Shown here piece by piece: positions 23,525-32,013 of a stretch of DNA of 64,000 nucleotides. The first letter of the stretch is position 1. Every line of letters begins with the position of its first letter. A model generated the notes under the pieces. It worked only from the letters and a program-made list of their open reading frames with translations, was not told the DNA's origin and did not search any database. Position numbers and translations under genes: made by a program. Source of the DNA: an uncultured delta proteobacterium (GTDB lineage Bacteria; Desulfobacterota; Desulfobacteria; Desulfobacterales; JAFDCJ01); the NCBI GenBank assembly GCA_963769935.1, contig CAVYNY010000035.1:128001-192000 (forward strand), in the 5' to 3' direction.

Positions 23525-24245
23525 GTGGCGGCACGGTTCTATCAGGAGTATCTCCCCAATGCAGTAGCTCCCGATATCCTGGCAACCAATGACCGATCTT
23601 ACGAAGAAAAGCTGGCCTCTTGTCGAATGATCGCCTCAGTGGACGATCCTACGCCAACGATTCTGGGCGTGCTGGTCCTGGGTGTGTCGTCGCGGGATTG
23701 GATTCCCGGCGCTTACATCCAATTCCTTAAAGGCGGTGTCGGAAAAACATCCCTCGTGTATCACCTGGCTTGGATGTTTTCTGAACTCGGCCATACAGTT
23801 GTGGCCGTTGATCTGGACGCTCAGGCCAATTTGACCGCAGCCTATCTCGATGAAGACGAGCTTGAGCGGCTGTGGGAAAATGAAAAAACTCCAACGACGA
23901 TTTATCGGGCCATAGAACCGCTGACTCGGGTGGGGGATATATTAGAGCCCTATGTCGAAAAGGTGACGCAAGGTCTGTATTTAATTCCCGGGGATGTGGC
24001 CTTGGCTTCATTCGAGGACACCTTATCCGAATCTTGGCCGACCAGCATGGGTGATGCCAATTTATATCGCCCCTTTCGTATGCTGTCCGCGTTCTGGCAG
24101 GTCGCACAAATGGCGGCGAAACAGGTAAGCGCGAATATCATCCTGGTGGATGTCGGTCCCAACCTCGGGGCCATCAACCGGTCGGCCCTTATCGCTACCG
24201 ATTAGGTTGCCATTCCCTTGGGAGCCGATCTTTTTTCTCTTCAAG
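23525..24245 (+). pseudogene. Chimeric remnant: internal piece of an AlbA_2/RecG-C-type ATP-binding protein fused in frame to a truncated ParA-family ATPase
   Basis: EYLPNAVAPDIL..PTILGVLVLG..GAYIQF switches at ~23726 to KGGVGKT..DLDAQANLT..DVGPNLG. TAG at 24203, but ParA-like sequence (VAIPLGADLFSLQ) continues past it. Confidence 0.7.
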
Positions 24246-24268
24246 CGATTCAGGCGATAATGGCATTA

Positions 24269-24519
24269 GGTCGGACCACGGTGAATGCTTGACGATTAAT
24301 GATTTATGGTAAAAATCGTACCTTTCTTTTGGGGGCTTAAAGTGATGTTTCTGACACAAAAAAAGGCGGTTTAAGAAAAAGCAAACTACTGGACCTGCAC
24401 CCAACCGCCATTTTTCTTAAAAGCACCTTTTTGATTGTAAAAAGGGCATTCTAAGGCTTGAAAAGGCCCTTGTTTTCAAGCTCATGCCTTAGTTGGCAGC
24501 GCTCTGCCTTGGTCCGACC
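24269..24519. mobile_element. Small non-coding element with terminal inverted repeats (MITE or IS remnant)
   Basis: GGTCGGACCA at 24269 and TGGTCCGACC at 24510 bracket an AT-rich stretch just after the parA remnant. Confidence 0.4.
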
Positions 24520-24567
24520 CCAATTCTTTCTTTGCAGGTATTAAAAACTAAAGAGGGAGACTTAATT

Positions 24568-25308
24568 ATGAGGAAAAAAAAAGAGGAAAAAGAGGAAAAA
24601 GAGGGAAGTTTGTTGAAGGAGCTGTGCGGAGATGATACAAAATTATATAATTTTCTCAGTAGTTGTTTGTATCTAAATCCGTTAGCGGCCATATCCAAAG
24701 AGGATCTCGATATCCTCATAGAAGAGGCGGAAACAAGCGGCAACTTTAGACCGGCAATGGATAAGGCCATTTTCGAATCCGCTCAAGACATGGGGAAAAG
24801 GGAAGGATACATCAAAGTTATCCAAAACCTAGCGTCGAAGAGCATGCACACAACGGAGCAAGAAAAAGAAAAGCTAGAGAAGGAAGGACACACCGATCAA
24901 GCTGCTTCTCTTGAGAGAAAAATTGAAAAAAATAAATTTATGAGTGAAAGAGCCGAAGACATTATAAACGTAGCTTTTAAATTCTACAATGAGATATTGG
25001 TGGAACTGGGGGAAAACACCAGAAGAGAAGAGAGAGGAGAAGAGCGAAGAGGAACTGAATGGGAAGAAAGGAGAATTGAGGGACTTGAAAAGGCGGGGCG
25101 AGAAGCAAGAAAACGAGAAAGAAGAGGGATGGGAAGAAAAGAGAAAAGGGTATCTAAGAAACAAGATAAAAGAGAAGAGCTGGCAGCTAAAGAACGGAAA
25201 GAAGCCAGAGGAGAAGAGAGAAAAGAAGGCGAAAGAGAAGAAAGGAGAATAGGGGAGCTTGAAAAGGCGGGACGAGAAGCAAGAAAAAAAGAAAGAAGGG
25301 GGGATTAA
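24568..25308 (+). CDS. Hypothetical protein with a highly charged (E/R/K) internally duplicated C-terminus
   Basis: GAGGGAG RBS. The unit EERRIxxLEKAGREARKxERRG occurs twice. Purine-rich and low GC. Confidence 0.7.
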   Translation: MRKKKEEKEEKEGSLLKELCGDDTKLYNFLSSCLYLNPLAAISKEDLDILIEEAETSGNFRPAMDKAIFESAQDMGKREGYIKVIQNLASKSMHTTEQEKEKLEKEGHTDQAASLERKIEKNKFMSERAEDIINVAFKFYNEILVELGENTRREERGEERRGTEWEERRIEGLEKAGREARKRERRGMGRKEKRVSKKQDKREELAAKERKEARGEERKEGEREERRIGELEKAGREARKKERRGD

Positions 25309-25698
25309 AATTTTGTCCCAAGGAATTTGGGGACATTCCATTGGATTATTGGTTTATTTTTTCTTTGCCCCCGCCCAGCACATCAAGTTCCTGGCCATCA
25401 GTTTCTGAGATCGAGCACTATGGATTGGGGCCGACATTATCGAGGTTGATTACCCTGCGTATCTTATAATCATAAAAAATGATCTTTTCTGATATGCATC
25501 TTTCCCCTCAGGATATCAGCCACATCAAAAACCTGCGATATGTCTGACGTTTGACTGCTTTTTATTAAAATTCAAACTGATTTCTAATTTCTTCGACCTC
25601 ACAACATTTTTACTCCAAATAGTTTATCAGATATCGGAACATGTATAGAGGGCAGTTGTTAAACAGGATTTTGTTTTCGTGAAGAAATTAAGTGGCTC

Positions 25699-25860
25699 TT
25701 GAAAACCAGTAATGGCAAAACTATCGTAACGATTGTTGGTGAAAATGTACCCAAAAGGAAAAATTATTTTTTGTCGTGGGTTGGTAAATTTATATTTGCA
25801 ATATTCGGATGGGGTTTAAAAAATGAATTTCCCAATATCCCCAAGTTTCTATTGGATTGA
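25699..25860 (+). pseudogene. 5' fragment of a PlsC-like acyltransferase
   Basis: GENVPKRKNYFLSWVGKFIFAIFGWGLKNEFPNIPKF stops just before the expected HTSNWD motif, at the edge of a repeat. Confidence 0.55.
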
Positions 25861-25936
25861 GATTGAGGATTTACGTGAAGTTTCTCTTTATTCGCACCTG
25901 AATTTTTCTGAACCTGTGGTCCATTTCTGAGATCAA
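25855..25936. repeat. Imperfect direct repeat, copy A (with a detached block at 25525-25550)
   Basis: GATTGAGATTGAGGATTTAC...CTGAGATCAA matches 29430-29511. TCAAAAACCTGCGATA..CTGACGT matches 29398-29423. Confidence 0.8.
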
Positions 25937-26010
25937 TCAATATTTCAGCATCCGACCCGGAGGCTTTGCACGAATGGCCATCAATCTATCAACACAGGGA
26001 GTATCCATTT

Positions 26011-27897
26011 ATGGAGCGAGACAGACTTCAGCAGCGGGTTGAGCGAGCGCGGGCTTTGTCCGTGGCCGGATCTTTGCCGGCAGCGCTTGAAAAGGGTGAT
26101 CTGCCGATTTCAGCCGATATAACCTTGTCGGAAATCATCGTAATCGGGCTATGGGCGCAGGGTGTCAGGAATTTTGTCGGGATCTTTGGGCACGGTTCGA
26201 CGGAGATCGGCGACGTCTTGCGGGTTTATGAAGCCGCCGGCCTGGTAAAGATGTACGCCGTTCGACATGAGACCGCAGCCGTGCATGCGGCCACGGCCCT
26301 GCGCTGGGTGGCCGGCGAGAAGGCAGCGGTGGTGACTTCCATCGGCCCGGGGGCTTTGCATGCCCTGGCCGGAGCCTTGACGCCTGCCAGCAACGGCATC
26401 GGTGTCTGGTTTCTGCTGGGTGACGAGACCACCGAGGATGAAGGTCCTAATATGCAACAAATTCCCCGGGCAGAGCAAAATCTTTTCCTGCGCTTGTTTG
26501 CCGCCATGGGGCCGACATATACACTGCACACACCCGGTGCGGTAAGTACGGCCTTAAGACGCGGTCTGGTGGCAACCGAACACCCTTATCGGCCCGGTCC
26601 TTTTTTCCTGTTGATGCCGATGAACACGCAACCCCTGGTCGTTCCAGGTTTTAATTTAGAAGAAATACCCATAGTCGGGCCTCCGCAGCTGGGGGCGGCG
26701 GCCGACAACGGCACCTATGACGAAGCGGCCGATGCAATCGCAGCGGCCAAGCGGGTGGTAATTAAAATCGGTGGCGGGGCCCGCCTGGCCGGCCCGGAAT
26801 TGCTGGCACTGCTCGAGTTGGCCGATGGCGTGGCGGTCCACAGTCCACTGGCCTCAGGTGTCATTCCTTTTGATCATCCCCGCAACATGACGGTTGGTGG
26901 TTCCAAAGGGTCGCTCAGCGGCAATTTTTCCATGGAAGAGGCCGATTTGCTGGTTGCCTGCGGGACACGCTTCGTATGTCAATCCGACTGCTCAAGGACC
27001 GGCTATCCGAAGGTAAAAAACGTAGTCAACATCAATGGGGACCCCGGCACGGCGACCCATTATGGCAAATGTCGGCCGCTGATTGGAGATATCCCTGCCA
27101 CCCTAAAGCACTTGAACCAGGTTCTAAAATCGAAAACCGCCAAAACATCTCCCAACCCGTCAGAATGGCTCCAAATGTGCCGGGCCAAGCGCCGGGAATG
27201 GGATGCCTTTCGGGAAGAACGGTATCGCACCGCATCTTTATTTGATGAGGCTTGGGGGATGGACGTCCTGACCCAGCCGGCGGCTATTAAAGCGGCTACG
27301 GATTGGGCGCGGGCCAACAACGCGGTGGCCTTTTTTGATGCCGGTGATGTGCAGGCCAACGGTTTTCAGATTGTGGAGGACGACCGCCTGGGCCGAACGT
27401 TTACCGACACAGGGGCCAGCTATATGGGCTTTGCGGTCTCGGCCCTGATGGCTACGGCCATGGCATCCAAGCCGTTTTATGGGCTCGCGCTGACCGGCGA
27501 CGGGTCCTTTACAATGAACCCGCAAATTCTGATCGATGGGATCGCGCATGGGGCCCAGGGTTGTATTCTAATTTTGGATAACCGCCGAATGGGGGCGATT
27601 TCCGGGCTGCAGTCAGCCCAATACGATGCAATTTATGCGACCAGCGATCAGGTCGAAATCGACTATGTCGCCTGGGGCCGAGCGATCAAGGGCGTCATGG
27701 CATTGGACGGTGGCCGGACCACCGAATCGCTGGTCACGGGCTTGGATACAGCCCGGGCTCAGGGCGGACTGGCACTCATTCATGTGCCTGTCTATTTTGG
27801 TCCGGATCCCCTGGGGGACATGGGCGTTTTTGGTCGTTGGAATGTGGGCAACTGGTGTGAGGCGACGCAGACCATGCGGCACAGGATCGGTCTCTAA
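26011..27897 (+). CDS. Thiamine-pyrophosphate-dependent enzyme, IolD-like acylhydrolase family
   Basis: GIFGHG, RHETAA, TSIGPGA, ASYMGF and TPP motif GDGSF...LDN. Confidence 0.8.
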   Translation: MERDRLQQRVERARALSVAGSLPAALEKGDLPISADITLSEIIVIGLWAQGVRNFVGIFGHGSTEIGDVLRVYEAAGLVKMYAVRHETAAVHAATALRWVAGEKAAVVTSIGPGALHALAGALTPASNGIGVWFLLGDETTEDEGPNMQQIPRAEQNLFLRLFAAMGPTYTLHTPGAVSTALRRGLVATEHPYRPGPFFLLMPMNTQPLVVPGFNLEEIPIVGPPQLGAAADNGTYDEAADAIAAAKRVVIKIGGGARLAGPELLALLELADGVAVHSPLASGVIPFDHPRNMTVGGSKGSLSGNFSMEEADLLVACGTRFVCQSDCSRTGYPKVKNVVNINGDPGTATHYGKCRPLIGDIPATLKHLNQVLKSKTAKTSPNPSEWLQMCRAKRREWDAFREERYRTASLFDEAWGMDVLTQPAAIKAATDWARANNAVAFFDAGDVQANGFQIVEDDRLGRTFTDTGASYMGFAVSALMATAMASKPFYGLALTGDGSFTMNPQILIDGIAHGAQGCILILDNRRMGAISGLQSAQYDAIYATSDQVEIDYVAWGRAIKGVMALDGGRTTESLVTGLDTARAQGGLALIHVPVYFGPDPLGDMGVFGRWNVGNWCEATQTMRHRIGL

Positions 27898-27950
27898 ATT
27901 TTGAGCAGATGTCATATTTTTGTTCCGAATGGGTTGCAATCACCAACCGA

Positions 27951-27977
27951 GTAGGGGCGGGTTTTATACCCGCCCGC
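27951..27977 (+). repeat. GTAG-type REP palindrome
   Basis: GTAG-GGGCGGG-TTTTATA-CCCGCCC. Related copies lie at 57027-57098. Confidence 0.75.
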
Positions 27978-27981
27978 AAAG

Positions 27982-28248
27982 CTTATCGAAGAACACCAGG
28001 AGATTTATATCAAAGGCAAGTCGAAACGGATTGCGCCGGATATTATTAAAAGGGCCGTTCGTCGCCTGGAATATTTAGATTTGGCAACTTGCCTGGAAGA
28101 TTTAAAAGTACCGCCGAGCAATAGGCTGCATGGACTCGAGGGGGACCGAAAAGGGCAATACGCTATATCGATCAATGACCAGTGGCGGATATGCTTCAAA
28201 TTTGTTGATGGCGACGCCGATGAGGTAGAAATAACAGATTACCACTGA
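27982..28248 (+). pseudogene. higB: HigB/RelE-family toxin lacking its start codon
   Basis: QEIYIKGKSKRI..LEDLKVPPSNRLHGLEGDRKGQYAISINDQWRICFKF..EITDYH*. No ATG/GTG/TTG between the upstream TAG at 27952 and the conserved region. Confidence 0.85.
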
Positions 28249-28258
28249 GAGGAAAACA

Positions 28259-28573
28259 ATGATCATACAAAATACGAAACCGCGTGAAATAGCACCGACT
28301 CATCCCGGTGAGATGCTGCGGGAGGATTTCATGCCTGATTATAATCTAACGACGACCGGCCTTGCTGAAAAATTGGGCGTCTCGCGTCAAACTGTAAACG
28401 AGCTGTTGTTGGAGCGCCGGTCGGTGTCTCCAGCCATGGCTTTGAGACTATCCAGGCTGTTTGGAAACACGCCGGAGTTCTGGTTAAATGCACAGCGTGT
28501 GGTGGATCTCTGGAATGCCAAAAAGGAAATCAAACAAGATATTGAAAAAATCAGGCCGCTTCAGGCTGCCTGA
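28259..28573 (+). CDS. higA: HigA family antitoxin (HTH)
   Basis: PTHPGEMLREDF, LAEKLGVSRQTVNEL and MALRLSRLFGNTPEFWLNAQ. Confidence 0.93.
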   Translation: MIIQNTKPREIAPTHPGEMLREDFMPDYNLTTTGLAEKLGVSRQTVNELLLERRSVSPAMALRLSRLFGNTPEFWLNAQRVVDLWNAKKEIKQDIEKIRPLQAA

Positions 28574-28679
28574 TCAAAATCTAATTTGGACAGCTGCTGA
28601 GATTTAAGGCGGATTGTCGCAAATTTAAATAGTGAGCAAAGCGGAGAGGTAAGTCAACTCGGTCAACAACGTCCCCAAG

Positions 28680-28880
28680 ATTTCCCTGGGGAAAGCATTC
28701 ATTCTTTCATTAAAAGAAATTGTTCCTTTCCCTCTTGATGAATTCCCGGAAAAGCCGGAAGCCGGTGCTTTGCTCAAGCCTTTTGGGTTTGAAATAGAAA
28801 CGTTCATTGACGAACCCCAGCTTTACATCCTGGTTGCCACAAAATGCAGGTTCGAGGCGGCAGTTGACAAGGTTGAATAA
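28680..28880 (+). pseudogene. C-terminal fragment, probably of a class I SAM methyltransferase
   Basis: LGKAFILSLKEIVPFPLDEFPEK..LLKPFGFEIETFIDEPQLYILVATK*, with no start. Confidence 0.4.
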
Positions 28881-28972
28881 CTGAGTGTGGCTGAAAATCA
28901 AAGACTTTTAGACGGCAAGATGCGTCAGACATCCAAAATATCGAAAATGTAAACTGAAAGGAAACGATTAAG

Positions 28973-29296
28973 ATGAACGAGCAAAGAGACGCCTACGTGC
29001 AAAAGCTGAAAGCTCAATTGGACGAATGGAACGCCGATATCAACAAGCTGGAAGCTAAGGCTGATCAGGCAGAGGCCGGGGCGAAAATCGAGTATCACAA
29101 ACGGATTGATGATTTACGTGCAAGGCTTAAAGAAGTTGGGGATAAGATCGGGGAACTGCAACAGACCGGCGAAGGCGCCTGGGAAGATCTTAAGCAGGGG
29201 CTTGAAAATTCATGGGAAATTCTCAAGTTAAGTTTCATAAAAGCCAAGTCCGAGTTCGAGCGGGGATACAAAGAAGGCAGGGAAGATTCCAAGTAA
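28973..29296 (+). CDS. Small coiled-coil protein (sll1863-like)
   Basis: DAYVQKLKAQLDEWNADINKLEAKA...AWEDLKQGLE. Confidence 0.8.
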   Translation: MNEQRDAYVQKLKAQLDEWNADINKLEAKADQAEAGAKIEYHKRIDDLRARLKEVGDKIGELQQTGEGAWEDLKQGLENSWEILKLSFIKAKSEFERGYKEGREDSK

Positions 29297-29397
29297 AACG
29301 TTGGTTCCAAAACAACTTATGAAAATTTAATCGAGACTTGAGATTTGATCGTGCTTAATCTGTGATATCCCTCTGTCAGATCGAAAAACCGCCCATC

Positions 29398-29511
29398 TCA
29401 AAAACCTGCGATAATTCTGACGTCTTGTAGATTGAGATTGAGGATTTACACGAAGTTAATCTTTATCTGCACCTAAATTTTTTTGAACCCGCAGTCCATT
29501 GCTGAGATCAA
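29398..29511. repeat. Imperfect direct repeat, copy B (contiguous)
   Basis: Matches 25525-25550 and 25855-25936. Confidence 0.8.
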
Positions 29512-29645
29512 AGGTTTACCAAATCGCAAAAAGTACCAGATATCAACGCGGGGTTCATCTGAGAATAGAATTCGGTTCAGCTTCAGCACGGAAGGCGCGA
29601 TCTGAGAACGTCGATACAGCAAATAATCAAGCCCTGTCAAGTCAT

Positions 29646-29890
29646 TTAGATGTAGGCCGCCACATCAACCAGGTCGGCCATGGTGTTGAAGGCCTTGAAC
29701 GCTTCCAGAAAATCGCGGCCGGAAAATCGCTCCGTCGCCCCGTCGACCCGCTCCACGCCCGGCATGTGCAGCACGCGATCAGCGGAAGAGGCCGTGGTGA
29801 AGCGCACCTGCAGTAAGGCCGGGCCGTCAATGCGAAACGGCCGCCATCCAGCGGCCCTTGGCATCGCTCGTTTGGCGCCTTCTATCCAGT
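29646..29890 (-). pseudogene. C-terminal fragment of an M55 D-aminopeptidase (DppA-like)
   Basis: IEGAKRAM..PFRIDGPALLQVRF..ADRVLHMPGVERVDG..DFLEAFKAF. Confidence 0.65.
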
Positions 29891-29947
29891 CTGGGGTGCC
29901 CATGGGTTTATAGAACGCAGACGAAGCCGGGCAGAATGCATAGGGGC

Positions 29948-30568
29948 CTATTTTGCTGTGTCGCCGTGAGGTTTGTAAAAAACATGCTCGCCGACCTCGA
30001 CCGTCTTGATGTATTCCGCGGACCAACTGGGGGTTGCTTCGCGCTGGTGGAAATACAATGCGCCACCGGTTCGGTCCGTTAGTTGCCGGTTGAGAGCTTT
30101 TCGAGCTATTTCCTTGGCGATCGCGTATGATTTATCCTCCTCTGCGTCATCCGAACGGCCATCGCACCACCACGAGAACTGGCAGGCACCCTGCTCGCTG
30201 CCTTGCCTGACAACTTCACAAATCGTGTTTGGAAAGCCCTCATGGCCTAGCCGGTTCATAACAACATTGGCGACTGCTTCCATGCCGGCAGCCCCCTCGC
30301 CCCTGGCCTCCCAATAGATGGTGCGTGAAAGACAAGTAATCGCATCGCTCAAGGGCTCTTCGCCGACCGGATCGACCGCCTGCGCTTCAGGCTTCGTGAT
30401 GATCTCGGATGGAGAAGGGAGCGCTTTGCTGCCCCCGGCCGCTGCGTTCTTCTCTAGTACCCCAGCTTTGCTCTCAGCGGTTTCCGCCTTCTGGTCCCGG
30501 TCAGCCGCGATCGCCTGGCCCACGAGAAGGATTGTCGCAAAGCAGGTCGCAATCCATATCCGGCGCAT
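29948..30568 (-). CDS. Cell wall hydrolase, SleB/Hydrolase_2 family
   Basis: CLSRTIYWEARGE, AVANVVMNR, CQFSWWCDG and GALYFH, with a signal peptide. Confidence 0.92.
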   Translation of the reverse strand: MRRIWIATCFATILLVGQAIAADRDQKAETAESKAGVLEKNAAAGGSKALPSPSEIITKPEAQAVDPVGEEPLSDAITCLSRTIYWEARGEGAAGMEAVANVVMNRLGHEGFPNTICEVVRQGSEQGACQFSWWCDGRSDDAEEDKSYAIAKEIARKALNRQLTDRTGGALYFHQREATPSWSAEYIKTVEVGEHVFYKPHGDTAK

Positions 30569-30891
30569 GGTCGAACCTCCTGGATGAATCAAACATGGCC
30601 CCCCGCCCGCACGATATGTCCGACGGGTCATTTCCGCCGGACAAGCAATTATACGGGACTGGATATCATCACCTCCGTAATGTTATTCGTTAAAGTACGC
30701 GATTTCGTGGCACAATAAAGATACATTTAATTCGTGGTTATTTGTGTCCCTTCGTGGCCAACTCATATTTTAAAAGACTAAAATCATATCCGGAATCTAA
30801 TTAACTTGTGTTGCAGGGCTAAAATCGCATAAAATATTGCATTGGACTTAAGCTGTTCCGACGAAAACCCGTGTCAACGTTAATGTATACT

Positions 30892-30993
30892 ATGGAAAAG
30901 ATTGAAAAGGCAAAGTATAATCAGTTGCTGCGCATCGAAGAGGCGCTGGAAACTTCGGCAAAATTTGCAGGAATAAGGGCATTTAAACAATAA
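30892..30993 (+). pseudogene. eno: Enolase C-terminal remnant (33 codons)
   Basis: AKYNQLLRIEEALETSAKFAG is the conserved enolase C-terminus. Confidence 0.8.
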
Positions 30994-31013
30994 AAATGGA
31001 GGGAACGAATCCG

Positions 31014-31763
31014 ATGCATAAACTCGTTCTACTGAGACATGGTGAAAGCACCTGGAACAAGGAAAACCTCTTTACGGGTTGGACGGACGTGGACCTTTCA
31101 GATAAGGGCGTCGAAGAGGCCATGGAAGGAGGTCTGGTGCTCAAAGAGCAGGGATATACCTTTGATATCGCCTTCACCTCTGTTTTGAAGCGGGCGATAC
31201 GAACCCTTTGGTTCGTCCTGGACGAATTGGATCTCGTGTGGATTCCTGTGGTGCGGGACTGGCGCCTGAACGAACGACACTACGGCGCTCTGCAAGGTCT
31301 CAACAAAGCTCAAACGGCCGAGAAGTATGGAGACAAACAGGTCCATATTTGGAGGCGAAGCTACGACATCCGTCCCCCGGCCTTGGAGGAAACCGACCCC
31401 CGGAATCCGGCGAAGGATTTGCGTTATAAGGAATTGAAGAAAGAGCAGGTTCCGCTCACAGAATGCCTGAAGGACACAGTGGCACGCTTTCTTCCGTGCT
31501 GGCATGAAGTGATTGCGCCTGCCGTCCGCTCCGGGAAAAAAGTCCTCATCGCCGCCCACGGCAACAGCCTGCGGGCGCTTGTAAAGTATCTCGACAACAT
31601 ACCTGACGATGTGATCCCGGGAGTCAATATTCCTACGGGGATGCCTCTGGTCTACGAGTTGAAAGACGATCTAAAGCCGATACGGAACTATTATCTTGGC
31701 GATCCTGAAAAGGTTAAAAAGGCCATGCAGGCGGTGGCGAACCAGGCCAAAGTCAAGAAGTAG
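31014..31763 (+). CDS. gpmA: 2,3-bisphosphoglycerate-dependent phosphoglycerate mutase
   Basis: [37 protein letters not shown] and AHGNSLRAL. Confidence 0.97.
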   Translation: MHKLVLLRHGESTWNKENLFTGWTDVDLSDKGVEEAMEGGLVLKEQGYTFDIAFTSVLKRAIRTLWFVLDELDLVWIPVVRDWRLNERHYGALQGLNKAQTAEKYGDKQVHIWRRSYDIRPPALEETDPRNPAKDLRYKELKKEQVPLTECLKDTVARFLPCWHEVIAPAVRSGKKVLIAAHGNSLRALVKYLDNIPDDVIPGVNIPTGMPLVYELKDDLKPIRNYYLGDPEKVKKAMQAVANQAKVKK

Positions 31764-31769
31764 AACCGC

Positions 31770-31855
31770 AAGAAAAATTTGCAGATTCGGTAAATGCACT
31801 CGAGCGGGCTCTGGATGCGGTTCAAACCTTAGGTTCAATGGCTGAAAAAAAGACC
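31770..31855 (+). pseudogene. Fragment paralogous to the post-Hpt region of the kinase at 4657-8257
   Basis: GCTCTGGATGCGGTTCAAACC..GCTGAAAAAAAGAC versus 7976-8022 GCTCTGGACGCGGTTCAAACC..GCTGAAAAGAAGAC ([13 protein letters not shown]). Confidence 0.7.
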
Positions 31856-32013
31856 TTATATTGTGGCCTTAGCTATTCCGTGATAGGGTGCATTAAGATT
31901 TCAACCCACTCCGGATTCCGTCCTGACTTAACACCGCATTCCGGCAGGCAATTTTTTGTATCGGGCCAATACGACCGCTGCCACCAATATCTTTTTTCAA
32001 AAGGAGGCGCCAC

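Noticed and set aside
24395..24500. Integron attC site (CCCAAC...GTTGGC)
   Set aside because: The inner L boxes do not pair, and there is no integron integrase or array of similar sites.
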